DNA of 64,000 nt from assembly GCA_964016885.1 (NCBI GenBank), contig OZ024752.1, positions 38,192,001 to 38,256,000 on the forward strand, written 5' to 3'. The stretch comes from Eledone cirrhosa. Taxonomy: Eukaryota. Shown here in pieces: positions 1-12,544 of the stretch; position 1 is the first letter of the stretch; the number at the start of each line of letters is the position of its first letter. Below the pieces are notes generated by a model, which saw only the letters and a list, made by a program, of their open reading frames with translations, searched no databases and was not told where the DNA came from. The translations under genes were made by a program, and so were the position numbers.

Positions 1-46
1 TTTTATCCCACTCTTCTATATCTGCTGGTGCTCTGTTTTCGTTTAG

Positions 47-120
47 TCCAAATGGGAGAGCTTGAGATCCAACAGCACTATGATGAATTCTTTGAAGAGG
101 TTTATGTAGAAATGGAAAAG
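47..120 (+). CDS. U2AF1: U2AF1 (U2AF35) internal exon, UHM/RRM helix A region; gene starts upstream of the window
   Basis: tttag|TC CAA ATG...GAA AAG|gtaacc; encodes QMGELEIQQHYDEFFEEVYVEMEK, matching U2AF35 'EMQEHYDEFFEEVFTEMEEK'. Confidence 0.95.
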
Positions 121-3100
121 GTAACCTTGTTTTTCTGTTGCAATATTAAGCTTTGATGTTGCTGCCACAAACAATAATAACTACTAATAAATTTAAGTTT
201 CTTTACAAATTTAATAACAAAAAAAAAAATACTATTCTATATTTGGTTTTGATCTTGACTAACCTTTGATGCTGATGACTAACTAATACTAACAGATTGA
301 TTAAAACTCCTTTAATTCATGTGAAACTAAGCCCTAGTTTATATGCTCTTTCTTTTAGACTGGTTTGTATTTATCTGTGTAAAGTTGTGTGGATGTTTTT
401 CTTTTTCTTAAGTATCTGCCATTTCTATGGAAAACAAAAAAAAATCGATAATTGTGAAGCACTTCCAAACCTTATTTCAGCCATCATGTTGTGTCCCTGT
501 GGAAGGAACATAAATCTATGTGCTTCAACTTGGCTGTAAAACTCCACTTTTGTTTTATTAAGAATAACACCTAGCTGTATAAGAATGTGCAAATGTCCAA
601 ATTTTATAAAATCATGTTAAAGTGGATGTTAAAATTTAAACAAGAGAAATTTGACTATAATTTACAGTTAATGAACTAAAGACTAAATATGTTGAGAATT
701 TGGTCATGGCTGTGTGTGTCTTAATATATATAAACAGAAATAAAAACAAAATATTGAAAGCCCAATTGGGGTTCAACACCCACCAAATTGTATGTTTTTA
801 TTACTGTTTCTGTATATTCTTTGAAAAATTCTTCCTTCATTAATATTTAGTGTTAATACTAAATTTATCTTTTTCTTTTATCAGTATATATTTTTGTGTT
901 TTTTGATCTTCACTTCTTTTGATTTAGTTTTTTAATGTACTTCTAGGGAAATGCATGTTATTTTACTCAATGATCACAATATCTTCCTGCATTTCTAAAA
1001 CATAACTGTCTCTAACCTTACTTTATAAGCTGCTACAAATTGAGAACATGATATTGTCTCTAACATTAGTTTACAAGCTGCTGGTACTGTTACTATAGGT
1101 GACAACATAACATTGTCTCTAGTGTTAGTTTATAAAATACTATTACTACAGGTGACAATATAATTCAATTTCTGTTTGAAATGTAAAGTTAGATTTCAAT
1201 ATATACTACACTGCTTTTCCTGAATGGTAAATTAGATAACTTTTGTTTATTTGGAAATTTAATATTAAACTATTTTGTAATTGAATCTATTAGACCTCAT
1301 TAGTTGACTGATTGGAGTGGAACTCATCAAATCAGACCAAGGAAACAATATTTCCATTGGTCTTTTCATTGCTGATACTATCTACTGTTTCCAACATAAA
1401 ATAAAGTGTCTTGCTCTAGGACATATTATGTCACCTAGTTTGGGAAGCGAACTTGCAACTTCACAATTAAGAAACCTATTCTAACCACTATCCTAAATGT
1501 TGGTTATCTGAATTTTTACTTCATTATTTTTTAAGCAGTATTATTTATTTATTTAGTATATATGAATATATCATTGTGTGTTTGTCTAAGTGCCTGTTAA
1601 AATGAAAAGCATCTTACCACAGAAGTTAATAGAATCAAAAGCATGTCAATTTAATTAGAGTATCAGTTGTCTTAAAAATCTAACTTTCTGTTAGCTTATT
1701 TTGAATAGTGTCACTAAAACTAATCGGTAGGTTTGACATTGAATAATTCTAGTAACACAATTCTTGCACCTCAGATTGAGAACAACTAACTAAGAATGAT
1801 GGCATAAAAATTTTGTTCAAAGTCAAAGTAGCATTTAAATATTTCAGAAACTGTTTTGATTTTAAAACATGCTTTTGGTATATTTTAATGACAAAATAGC
1901 ATTAAAAAGGCATGCTTTTGATATATTTTAACTTGAAAATAATGTTTAAAAGGAACCATGCTTCAGCTATATTTTAAGTATAAAGTAATATTAAAAAAGC
2001 ATCTTGCTTTTGGTATATTTTAACTATAAAATAGTTTCATTAACTAATGTTATATTGAGAGAATCTAATTTTCTATTGCTTCATTTCTGCTTATATCAAA
2101 AATAAAAGACCTGAAATACTGTTGGACGAGGGCTTTGCATATTCTTATCTCATTTTCTGCTACTTTTCTCTCTATAGCTGATATATCAACTAAATATTTT
2201 CACCATTGTATATGTTTATTTCAATTATTATAAGTTAATTCAGAAATTTACTGCATCTTTGAGTAATTACAGAGTGATCTAAGATAATTTTGTTTTCATA
2301 TGAAAACTTTTCTTTGCTGATGACTTTGTGAAAGGTTTATAACTGTTGAATGTAACCAAAAGCTAGCTGGACTATTCTTGCTTGTATCTGCTAGACATGT
2401 AAAAAAAAAAAAAAAAAAAAAAAAAAATCAATGTTTTGTTATAGTTGATAATGAAAAGATCCTATAACTAATTTATATTTTCCTCATGACATAACTTGTT
2501 AAAAGTGGGCTTTGTTCACTTACTGCCATTTTATTGATTCTTTGTCAATCATACTGCAGTAACAGACAGGATTAGTCCTATTCTCTCTGTCCTTGTCAAA
2601 CATTATCAATTAATTTTCTCTTTTGCTAATTTTTGCCATTCTGTTACCTGATAAGTGCCTTTCTGTTTCGAAGCACTATTGTTCACTTCGAATCGATTTC
2701 CAGTTCATAATTTCCCCAATGTTCTTCCAAACTGTTTATATTGAACATTTTTTATATCTGAGGGAACTTTAAATGCCAATTTCTCATGATTTTATAATTC
2801 AGTATTGAAGTATCTAAAAGTTCTTGGCTTCAGTAACTAACGTTTTTACTAAAATTGATCTCTAATATAAAGTTAACTATTGTCTTTAGAACCATTTCTA
2901 TTCATTGAAATATCTTGCATAAGTCTATCATGTTTAGGATTGTGAACAAGATGTAAATTTGTCCTTCAATATATAGGACCTTCAGAAAATATAATTTCAA
3001 ATATAAAGTATGTCATTTTATTGATCCATGTCTGGATCAATAAAATATATAGAAAGCAGTGTCTTAATCCATTGACTGAAACCAGGGAAAAATATTCTGA

Positions 3101-3878
3101 TTTTGTATCTTTGAATATTTACATTACAGAATCCTTTAGTTCATGCATTTGGGTGTTTTGATTTTGAGGTGGTTTCTATATTTTCAAAGCCAAACTAAGC
3201 TGTACTCCAGCCTGGCCTGAGCTCTGATGTCTAAAACTACCAATATCAATCATCCATTATAAAACATTTACTATTTGCATTAATTAGGCCCTTGTGGCCA
3301 ATAAAGAAATTTTTAATTAGGTTATTCAAAACTTTCAGAGTTGTTGAATATTAGTATTAACCATAAGCATTCATATTTTGGAAAGTACAATTATGAATTT
3401 CTGTGAGCAACAACTCTTAACCCACTATTGTATTTTCACAGTAAACACTTTATTTCACATACTGAATCTAGGAGATTGAGAACAATGCCTTAAACGTCAT
3501 TATGAGCAGCTGCTTATGGCCGGTTTAAATGCTAAAGAGTTAAGTAGTAAGAAGTGGGGTTTTCTTAAAATCAAGACCGAACGGTGAAAGATATGTTGTA
3601 ATTAGGACTAAAACATGCTTTACAGGATTGAGCTTCTTTCAATTAGTTAGAGATAAGTTTACCAAAACTGATGAGGGCACGTTTCTGCCATCGATATAGA
3701 TTGCTTTATTAATCCTTCCATGACCAAATTTGTTCAATTATTGCAAATAATTAGCTGCAATTGATAAAAATGGAATGCTATAGTTTAGTCTATTGACATC
3801 AGCTTGATCAGTCAACATAAATTTATTAATATCTATATTGGCATTATTGTTCCTTCTTGTTTGTTTTATATATATATA

Positions 3879-4629
3879 CAGGGTGCAGAGGATATTTGTT
3901 CACAAGATTACTGTCTAGGAAAAAGTAACACAGATTTATTTATCAAACTTGGGTCAGTTTGTCTTCATGACTTGTTCTTTCGATCTCACTCGATAAACCC
4001 GCTTTTGGCTTTGATGACGGCCTCGGAACCGGCTACAGGCCTTCGTCTTTCGTATTGCAGCTAGATCTGTTGGTGTCTCGTTCCACTGCGCCCCACACAA
4101 AGAAGTCGAGGGGGTTGCAGTCAGGCGAGCTAGGAGGTGAAGTGTGGTCGACGAAGTTCTGACAGCCAGGCTTGGGTCTTTTGGACGGTATGGCAGGGCG
4201 CTGAGCCTTGCTGCCACACGTACAGCCTACTTGCAGCTACCTGGTCGATCCAGGGCTTTACTACTTCGCTCAAAACGCAGATGTAGCCATCGGTGTTCAA
4301 CTTGAGGCCCTCGGGGAAGAAGTGAGGTGGCATGACGACACCTAAGACCAATGTTGTCTCTGGGCACGTCTTTGGATGAGACAGCGAGCCACCTGTTCTG
4401 GGAGATGATCTTCTGGTCTTATTTGTCCTCCCGGCGCAGATTGCAAGAAGAACTCCGTGTCTCTTCCACAAATTTGGAGATTCAAAATTATTCATAATCA
4501 ATTATTCTGAAAATAAATAATGGAAATATAGTCACTGTTTTTATGAAGACAAGAGTGACAACGGAAGTAAAAAAAAATTTGCATAAAATTAGCAATTGAA
4601 AATTGCGAACAAATATCGTCCGCACCCTG
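3879..4629 (-). mobile_element. Internally deleted Tc1/mariner-superfamily transposon (maT/DD37D-like)
   Basis: TIRs CAGGGTGCAGAGGATATTTGTTC / GAACAAATATCGTCCGCACCCTG with TA on both flanks; frameshifted transposase remnants VMPPHFFPEGLKLN..YVWQQGSAPCHT and PDCNPLDFFVWG. Confidence 0.88.
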
Positions 4630-4958
4630 TATATCCATTTGTATTCTAAAGTAACTGTATGCAACCAACCATTTAACTATTCTCAAAGAAATCATGGCTA
4701 ACTGTTTAAGTTAATTTGGAATTATCTCCACCCTTGAATGTTTTGATGCATAGAACCATAATTTATATACAACATTCCAAAGTTGTTTTTTTGCAGTGTG
4801 GAGGGGAGTCTTAAGAGACTGTATTAATAAAAAGTTTTGTTGGTTTCATACAGTTCATTTTTTTAAATGTATTTAAGTTGTTGGTTATAATGTAATGTCT
4901 ACATTCACATTTATTGATGAAAAAATATTTACCTCCCCCCCTTTTTTTTTTATTATAG

Positions 4959-5030
4959 TATGGTGAGATAGAAGAGATGAATGTTTGCGATAATCTGGGT
5001 GATCATCTTGTTGGCAATGTATATGTTAAG
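4959..5030 (+). CDS. U2AF1: U2AF1 exon
   Basis: Pyrimidine tract + tag acceptor, gtaagt donor; [24 protein letters not shown]; phase 0 at both ends. Confidence 0.97.
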
Positions 5031-5575
5031 GTAAGTTTTGGTTTATTTACACACTTTCATACCTCTTAGTATAACCCATAACTGGTCAGAAAGTGTCAAT
5101 TTTATACACACATTCTTACAAAACATGTTAATTCTCTCTGGGTCAAATTACATGTAATGTTTCAACCAAACAATCTCTGTGCAACCTAACATTTTAAGGG
5201 CTCATATCTGACATAAGGAGTATTCTACTGCCTAAGTAAATTATACAAATACGGCTACATTTGATGTCCCACACACTCTCATTGTCAGTTGGGGCCAAGG
5301 AATAAAGAGTTTAACTCTTTCTTGGTATTGACATTAAAATTCAGAGTTGAATTCCAACTGTCCCCTTTCAAATAATTATGGTGGTGGTCTGTACCAAATC
5401 AAGACATGTATTTCTTGAAAGCTTAACTACACATATTTCAATTACCAAAGGCAAACTTCCAACTGTGTTGAGAGTTAAAGAAAAATGTTTCTGCTCATTT
5501 TATATTTCATTAAATAAACTTATTTTGCAATATCTTCACTCAAAATTTCATGTTACTTTTAAACTGAGCATGTTA

Positions 5576-5925
5576 AATCATCATCATCATCATCACCGTT
5601 TTACGTCCGTTCTTCCACGCTAGCATGGGTTAGACGGGTTGTCCTGTTGTGGGCAGTGTCTGGTCGGCTGACCATGCCTTGCTCATACAGGAACTGATCT
5701 GGCTTGATTTCTACAGCTGGATGCCCTTCCTAACACCAACCTCATTTACAGTGAGTGCTGGGTGCTTTTTCGTGGCGCCTACACGTCCACTTTACAGTGT
5801 GGGCTGGGTGCTTTTTTGCCGTGGCACCTCCACGACCACCTTGCGGTGGGGGGGGGGGGGCATATTGTTTATATGCTTCAGCATGTACCCATGGGAGGTC
5901 GGGTACCCTGTATTACTGCGTGAAG
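5576..5925 (-). mobile_element. 5'-truncated RTE LINE 3' end with (GAT)n tail
   Basis: Near-identical reverse complement of 10270-10620. Confidence 0.85.
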
Positions 5926-6535
5926 TATCAAAATTGTTGAGAGAGAGGGAAAGAAAGTTAAATTATATATAGGATCAGCCACCAATATTTAAACATTTTT
6001 GTTCATCTAATGGTAAGACTTAAAAACATCAAGTTAGCATTTGAGATGTTAAATACCAAACTTTTTATCTTGTTCCTCACATACTAGTGGTATTTAATTT
6101 TGTGCTAGCAGATACAAAATGTGTTGGAACACTTAAAATATTGCATGTCACAACTCCCTAAAATATAAGACTTGTAATATCCATAAAACTGTTTGAATTC
6201 CGTTCGTTAGATTACTTGAAAGAAACCCAGTACTAGTTCTATGATGAATTTAATTTGGAAGATTTTTTTTTTTTTTGGCTCTACAAAGAAATTCTGAACA
6301 AGGGTTAGCAAGTTTGCTATTAAGACTTATTAAATCTAGTTGAAACGTGCACAAATTAAGTAGTTCCATTCTCATGAATAAAATTTGGAGTTCAACTTAA
6401 TTGGATAACCATATTCCCTACTTCCTCACAATTGAACCAACAATCTTAGTTGGCATTAATTAGGAAATATATCAAAACACTAGATATAAGCACACTGAAA
6501 CTGCTCTAATCTGATTAACCAATTTACAATTTCAG

Positions 6536-6669
6536 TTTCGTTATGAAGAAGATGCTGAAAAGGCTGTTAAAGATTTAAATAATCGTTGGTTTAATGGCCG
6601 CCCTATTCATGCAGAGTTATCACCTGTCACTGACTTCAGGGAAGCTTGTTGCCGTCAATATGAAATGGG
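6536..6669 (+). CDS. U2AF1: U2AF1 exon (end of UHM, start of second CCCH zinc finger)
   Basis: ttcag|FRYEEDAEKAVKDLNNRWFNGRPIHAELSPVTDFREACCRQYEMG|gtaaga. Confidence 0.97.
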
Positions 6670-6764
6670 GTAAGAATACATTATATATTTTAAATACCTT
6701 TATTTAAGATTGTGTCTTCTCTACCAAATAAGCTATATTTTAATGTGGTTGTGTTCTTTTTCAG

Positions 6765-6863
6765 AGAGTGTACTCGTGGGGGATTTTGCAACTTTATGCA
6801 TTTGAAGCCCATTTCTCGTGAACTTCGCAGAGAATTATATGGTAGAACTCGTCGCCGACGAAA
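6765..6863 (+). CDS. U2AF1: U2AF1 exon (second CCCH zinc finger)
   Basis: tttcag|[31 protein letters not shown]|gtaagt; phases match neighbouring exons. Confidence 0.97.
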
Positions 6864-6951
6864 GTAAGTTAAAGTTTTAATGGGTTTTGTTGTTTAAATG
6901 TGGTTAACACTTAGTTTGTATGCTAATATATTTCTGGTGTATTTATCACAG

Positions 6952-7132
6952 GTCAAGATCCCGTTCACCTCCAACACGCCGTAGTAGGAGTCGTAGCCGG
7001 AGCCAAGAGCAACCACGTCGTGGTAACAGAAGCCGCAGTCGTGAAAGAAGGAGGTCCCGGTCAAGGAGTAGAGAAAGGAATCAGAGGCGATCACGATCTA
7101 GAGAGAGGGAAGGTCGAAGCGGGCGTTTTTAA
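6952..7132 (+). CDS. U2AF1: U2AF1 last coding exon (RS domain)
   Basis: cacag|G; SRSRSPPTRRSRSRSRS...GRSGRF-TAA; AATAAA at 7192-7197 and 7264-7269. Confidence 0.95.
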
Positions 7133-7191
7133 ATGTTTCCTTATTGCTCAAAGTGTAAAATGTTTCTATTTTCATCATTCTCATTGAATAC

Positions 7192-7269
7192 AATAAAATA
7201 CATTCATAAATTCAATTTATTTATTAATCTTCAAATATTTTTCAAGAAAACTGTCATTTTACCAATAAA
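7192..7269. terminator. Opposing polyadenylation signals of U2AF1 (+) and ETHE1 (-)
   Basis: AATAAA (+) at 7192 and 7264; TTTATT (AATAAA on -) at 7216-7221 and 7220-7225, all between the two stop codons. Confidence 0.6.
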
Positions 7270-7284
7270 ATATAATATCAAGTT

Positions 7285-7337
7285 TTAAGGTAAATCCGGT
7301 TGAAGTCCACACAACATATTAGCAGGTAATGCTTTGT
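7285..7337 (-). CDS. ETHE1: ETHE1 exon 7 (last coding)
   Basis: Minus strand tttcag|(D)KALPANMLCGLQPDLP-TAA; matches the ETHE1 C-terminal 'D.A.PAN..CG' motif. Confidence 0.92.
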
Positions 7338-7626
7338 CTGAAATGAAAACAAACAAGACTAAATATGAAGCTATATTTAACAAATTTTATGTAGAGCAAT
7401 TAATTTTAAATTACGTGCTCTTAGCATTGTTTACTCAGTTTTTAAAAGATATTACTTTGACATTATACCAGATAAATTTTCAGTATTGTTCCCAACAATT
7501 ATAATTTAATGTTAAATTATGTTTGTGCTTTTAACATTGTAAATGTCAGTTTTTAAGAGAAATTACTTTTTCATAACATTATCCTAATGATTTAATGTTA
7601 TTGTAATAGAAAAGCAGGCAGCTTAC

Positions 7627-7743
7627 CAATTTGACTTGGGTAAGGTAGTTTGAGATTAGCCATAATTTTCAGAAATTCTTCTTTTGGTTTTCCTAACCGG
7701 GGGTTGAAGAGTTTTTCTTCCGTAATAGTGCTAGCTAAATTTC
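7627..7743 (-). CDS. ETHE1: ETHE1 exon 6
   Basis: ttacag|(G)[38 protein letters not shown]|gtaagc. Confidence 0.95.
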
Positions 7744-8514
7744 CTGTAAAATAAGTTAATTTGACATTCTAAGACTCTCACTTAAGGTGTATTTTATATA
7801 ATGGTATATTTTTAGTCATCACCATTTTCAAGGCTTCTGAGATTGGGGTGGGGCTGAATGGTCAATGCTTGCAACAGAATATACTCTGCTAAAGATACTC
7901 ACAGACTAGGTGGCAGTGTTAAACTAGATGAATCCACAGTGAGATTTAAACTAACAAATACTCCAATATATCTGATCCTATGTAACTTCTATTGAACAAA
8001 TGCTATGAAATAAGACAGGGTTTTAACACTAGGATTTAAACTGGCCAAAATTCTCTTGCCTCTGTTCAAACCAGCAATAACTGGCCACTGATAAGGTATT
8101 CTCAAAATAAATAATTGTTTCTACTTTAGGCACAAGGCCAGCAATTACCAGTGCATTACTGGTACTTTATTTTATTGACCCCGTAAGGATGAAAGGCAAA
8201 GTCAACCTTAAATAATATCAATGTTAGATTTGATATGTGAGAAAGCTTTTACTGCATAAATACTATAGTATCTCGTTTAAAGTCCATCTTCCATGCTAGG
8301 ATGGGTTGGTTGGGTGACCATGTCTCGCTTGTATAGAACTGTTTCTGGCTGAATGCCCTTCCTAATGCCAACCACATTTACAGTGTGGACTATGTTCTGT
8401 GGTACCAACAATTTTACAGAGGGGGGGGGGGGGGGGGTATATTGGGTTTAGAGGTGCCTACAAACTAGGTTTATGTTCATAGGTATATAAATATAGATAT
8501 AAATATATACATAG

Positions 8515-10620
8515 ACACCAAGACGGAAGCAAAGGATAAAAAATTCAAGGATGTTTTGCAACGTGAGGACAAGAAATAGGTGTTCAAGATTGAGAGAGTT
8601 GTGATGTCATTGGAGAGAAGTGTATCCGGAATGATAAAGGTGAGCTTGCCCTCACAAGCTGAGAAGAAAGATGCATGGAAGAGTCATTATGATAGATTAC
8701 TAAATGAGAATGCATGGGAAGAAGAGACCCTATAGAGGGGCCAGCAGCAATGTAGTAAGTAAGGCAATCAAAGATATGAAGATGGGGAAGGCAACCGGTT
8801 CATCGGGTATAGCTGCCAAGATGCTGAAGGCATCTGTGTCTGTAGGTCACACTATTGTTAACCAGGTAATACTAGGTGTCATACCAAAAGATTGGTGCAG
8901 TAGCATCATTGTCAACTGCTACAAAGGTAAAGGTGATGCACTAGATAGAGGAAACTATAGAGGTATAAAGCTGATGGACCAGGTCATGAAAGTAACAAAG
9001 AGTTATAGCACAGTTAATTAGGGACCAGGTGAAAATAGACGAGATGCAATTTGGGTTTTTACCAGGCACCACTGATGTCCTCTTCCTTGTGAGGCAGCTA
9101 CAGGAAAAGTACCTAGCTAAAAGTAAGCCACTCTACTTGGCATTTGTCAACCTTGAGAAAGCCTTTGACAGAGTTCCACGTGCTGTAATCTGGTGGGCTC
9201 TTAGAAAACTAGGAGTAGATGAAAGCGGTACAAGCCATGTATAGGGAAGCAGTCAGCAAAGTTCGGAATAGCAATGAGTTTAGCGTACAGGTTGGTGTCC
9301 ACCAGGGCTCTGTTCATCATAGTCCTGCAGGCAATAACGGAGTTTAAGACCGGATGCCCATGGGAACTCCTGTATGCTGATGACCTCGCACTTATAGCTG
9401 AATCTATGGTAGAACTAGAGAATAAATTCCAAACTTGGAAGCATGGACTAGAAAGAAAGGGTCTCAAAGTCAACATGACAAAGACTAAGGTCCTTGTAAG
9501 TAGACGAGAAAACAGAACCCAGATCCCCTCAGGGAAATGGCCTTGCTCAGTATGTAGGAAAGGTGTAGGTAGGAACTCCATTCTCTGCCCCAAATGCAAG
9601 AGATGTAGCGGGATTTCAGGAAGCTTAATTAAGAATGTAGGCTTCACATGCAGCAGCTGTGCTGGGACAGCAAGCAGCAAACAGCCACAGGAAACAAGTA
9701 CCACCAATCTTTGGGAGGGCCCTGTAGAAACAGTAGACAGCTTCTGCTACCTAGGTGACCGAATTAGCAGCGGAGGTGGGTGTTCGGAAAGTACAATAAC
9801 TAGGGTAAGAACGGGATGGAAGAAGTTCAGGGAGCTACTGCCACTGCTAGCTGCAAAAAGCTTTTCCCTCAAAATGAAAGGCAGACTGTATGATGCGTGT
9901 ATACGAACAGCAATGTTACATGGTAGTGAGACCTGGGCACTGTCTGTGGAAGACTTGCGTAGATTAGAAAGAAACGAAGCCTGCATGCTCCGATGGATGT
10001 GTAATAGTAATATACACGAACGGCAAAGCATAAATGAATTGACAGAGACTGAGCATAAGAAGAATCAAATGCTGTGTGCAGGAGAGGCGGTTGCGCTGGT
10101 ATGGACATGTGATGCGTATGAAGGATGACAGCTGCATAAAAAGGTGCAGAGCACTAGAAGTCGATGGAAACCGCGGAGTGGGGAGACCCAAGATGACCTG
10201 GGATGAGGTGATAAAAGCCGACCTTACCCAATTACACCTCTCAAAGGCAATGACACACGACCGTGATCTCTGGCGTCACGCAGTAATACAGAGTACCCGA
10301 CCTCCCATGGGTACAAGCTGAAGCATATAGACAATATGCCCCCACACACCCCACCGCAAGGTGGTCGTGGAGGTGTCACGGCAAAAAAGCACCCAGCCCA
10401 CACTGTAAAGTGGACGTGTATGCGCCACGAAAAAGCACCCAGCACTCACTGTAAATGAGGTTGGTGTTAGGAAGGGCATCCAGCTGTAGAAATCAAGCCA
10501 AATCAGTTCCTGTATGAGCAAGGCATGGTCAGACAACCAGACACTGCCCACAACAGGACAACCCGTCTAACCCATGCTAGCATGGAAGAACGGATATAAA
10601 ACGGTGATGATGATGATGAT
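8515..10620 (+). mobile_element. 5'-truncated, frameshifted RTE-clade LINE in ETHE1 intron 5
   Basis: RT motifs KGKGDALDRGNYRGIKL, QFGF, AFVNLEKAFDRV, LLYADDL; C-terminal RRLRWYGHVMR and RGVGRPKMTW; (GAT)n tail. Confidence 0.92.
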
Positions 10621-10669
10621 ATAGAGTAATGTAAATGCTAAAGGTGTAAAGGATTATGAAGAAACTTAC

Positions 10670-10759
10670 CTGTGTAATCATGTGCTGGATAGATTCGGTA
10701 ATGACCTGGAAGACTGAATATTTCTCTGTGTACCGACTCAAAAAGTTTTGTTGAATCAC
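10670..10759 (-). CDS. ETHE1: ETHE1 exon 5
   Basis: tttag|(G)DSTKLFESVHREIFSLPGHYRIYPAHDYT|gtaagt; PAHDY motif. Confidence 0.95.
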
Positions 10760-11706
10760 CTAAATAAAACCCAAAGGTTATAGTATAAACTTTTTGCTTA
10801 CAAAAGTAAAAAGTATTTACAACATTTTGCCCTGTAAACCCTATACTAAGCTTCATAGTCGTCATAAGGCACCTGAGGCAATGTTTTATGACCAAAAGCC
10901 CTTCCTGGCAACATTCCTTTTAGTCATGTCTTAAGACAGATACAGTAGCTATTCTAAACCAGATACACAGGCCATTGCCTATAGAAAGCCCTCAATGTTA
11001 TAAGTTCCAATAAACTAAAAAATTTTCATTTGAAACATCTGTTGGATTTGATTAAAAAAGAAATAATCTGACATTAACAGGTTTAAAATAGATACATGTA
11101 TACCCGTGTCGAAAGAGGCTGAATAAAACATCTAACATTGATTCTGGTATCAATATACCAACCAATGTTTAGTTACACCTCTTTACATTCTAGTTTTGGA
11201 TCCCGCCAAAGTCAACTTTGCCTTTCATCCATCAAGAGTTTATGTGAAAGTCATTTGGGGGTCTTGAGCCAGTGTTAAAATCAATATTACATCAAGCGTT
11301 TATATAGTAGCAGACATTTAAAGCCTGTGTTATAAATCAATCTTCTACATCCAACAAACTTTCCTCACTAGTTCTTTCATGTCCCAAATCCTTGCAACCT
11401 GTTACCATGTTGCACCCCACTTTTTATGGTCTTTCTTAAAAAGAAGGAACATCTTGTTAAGAAATATAAGTCCATGGGTCTTTGCGAATTAACCATAGTT
11501 ATATAACAGAAGTGACACTTAAATTGGTAGATAAACACATTCACAGTCTTTCTTTTTCACTACCAGCTCAGGAAAATTTGGCAGGATTTGAACTCAAAAC
11601 AAATACTCTGGTGATCTTATATCCACCATTGACATTAAATATCAGTGTTTTCTGGTGATCCTGTATTGCTGTTTGGCTTTTAACTGAAGGTGCCCTGAGT
11701 AAGTTA

Positions 11707-11857
11707 CCATATTTCCCAGCACTGAAGATGCACCCTAATTTTGACAACCAAAAATTTGAAAAAAATTAAACAACCTTTGGCCTCCAGGACGCATGGTAGG
11801 TTTTTTTTAGACGTATTTTAGGAAAAAAAGTAGCGTCTTCAATGCCAGGAAATACAG
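11707..11857. mobile_element. pogo/Tigger-like MITE
   Basis: TA|CCATATTTCCCAGCACTGAAGATGC ... GCGTCTTCAATGCCAGGAAATACAG|TA imperfect TIRs. Confidence 0.65.
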
Positions 11858-11870
11858 TAATTTGTTTTAA

Positions 11871-12064
11871 CCCTTTAACATTTACTATTATATTTTCACT
11901 GTAAAGGCTTTACCTCAATTATCTCACAATATTGAATCTATGAGATTGATATTTATTTTGAGAACAATACCTTAACATCAGTATGAGTAACCAGTTACAG
12001 CCAATTTTAATAGAAAGAGATTGGAGAATTCTAGCCAGATATGGCCAGTTTAGATGCTAATGGG
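11871..12064. mobile_element. TTAA-flanked MITE (piggyBac/Kolobok-type ends); related copy at about 15710-15918
   Basis: TTAA|CCCTTTAACAT ... ATGCTAATGGG|TTAA; internal sequence recurs at 15712-15918. Confidence 0.6.
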
Positions 12065-12451
12065 TTAAAGTGTCATCAGATCAGTGTGACATGTTTAGAA
12101 AGGTTTCAGTAGGTGTGGTTTGAAGGAGATCCGATTGTTACGACTTAAGTAACTATATAGAGGCTTCTTTGCAGTTCACTATTGTGATAACCTCTTTCCT
12201 AAATAGACAGCCAGAGTCTTCTATTTTGATAAACAACAGTTCTTACAGGCTTGCTTTAGTCTCATACTAAATATAAAATAATTATTGCTGTAATTGGAGG
12301 CATCCTTCAGAAGAAAGATGACACTAAACAAACAACTAGATATGTCAAAACAATTTCCACCTTCATTTTATCGAGGTCATTGTAACGTTAGGACATCTAC
12401 ACTGCAATTTGTATATAATAGCTATTACTGTGTCTAGAATAGCTGCGTTAC

Positions 12452-12544
12452 CTTGTTGGAAGTCTGTTCGTCCACAACCACGGATTAAGACAGCGTCACC
12501 TGTAAATACCATACTGTTTTCATGCCACACAAATGAGTAACATC
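12452..12544 (-). CDS. ETHE1: ETHE1 exon 4
   Basis: ttgtag|(G)[30 protein letters not shown]|gtaacg; FTGD metal ligand and GCGRTDF motif. Confidence 0.95.

Noticed and set aside
2317-2333. CTGATGA..GAAA as a hammerhead or C/D snoRNA (also CTGATGA at 272 and 3668)
   Set aside because: No stem II or stem I pairing, and no convincing terminal stem with a D box
6920-6951. Standalone 70-aa RS protein starting at 6920
   Set aside because: The ATG is intronic; the ORF is the last U2AF1 exon from 6952
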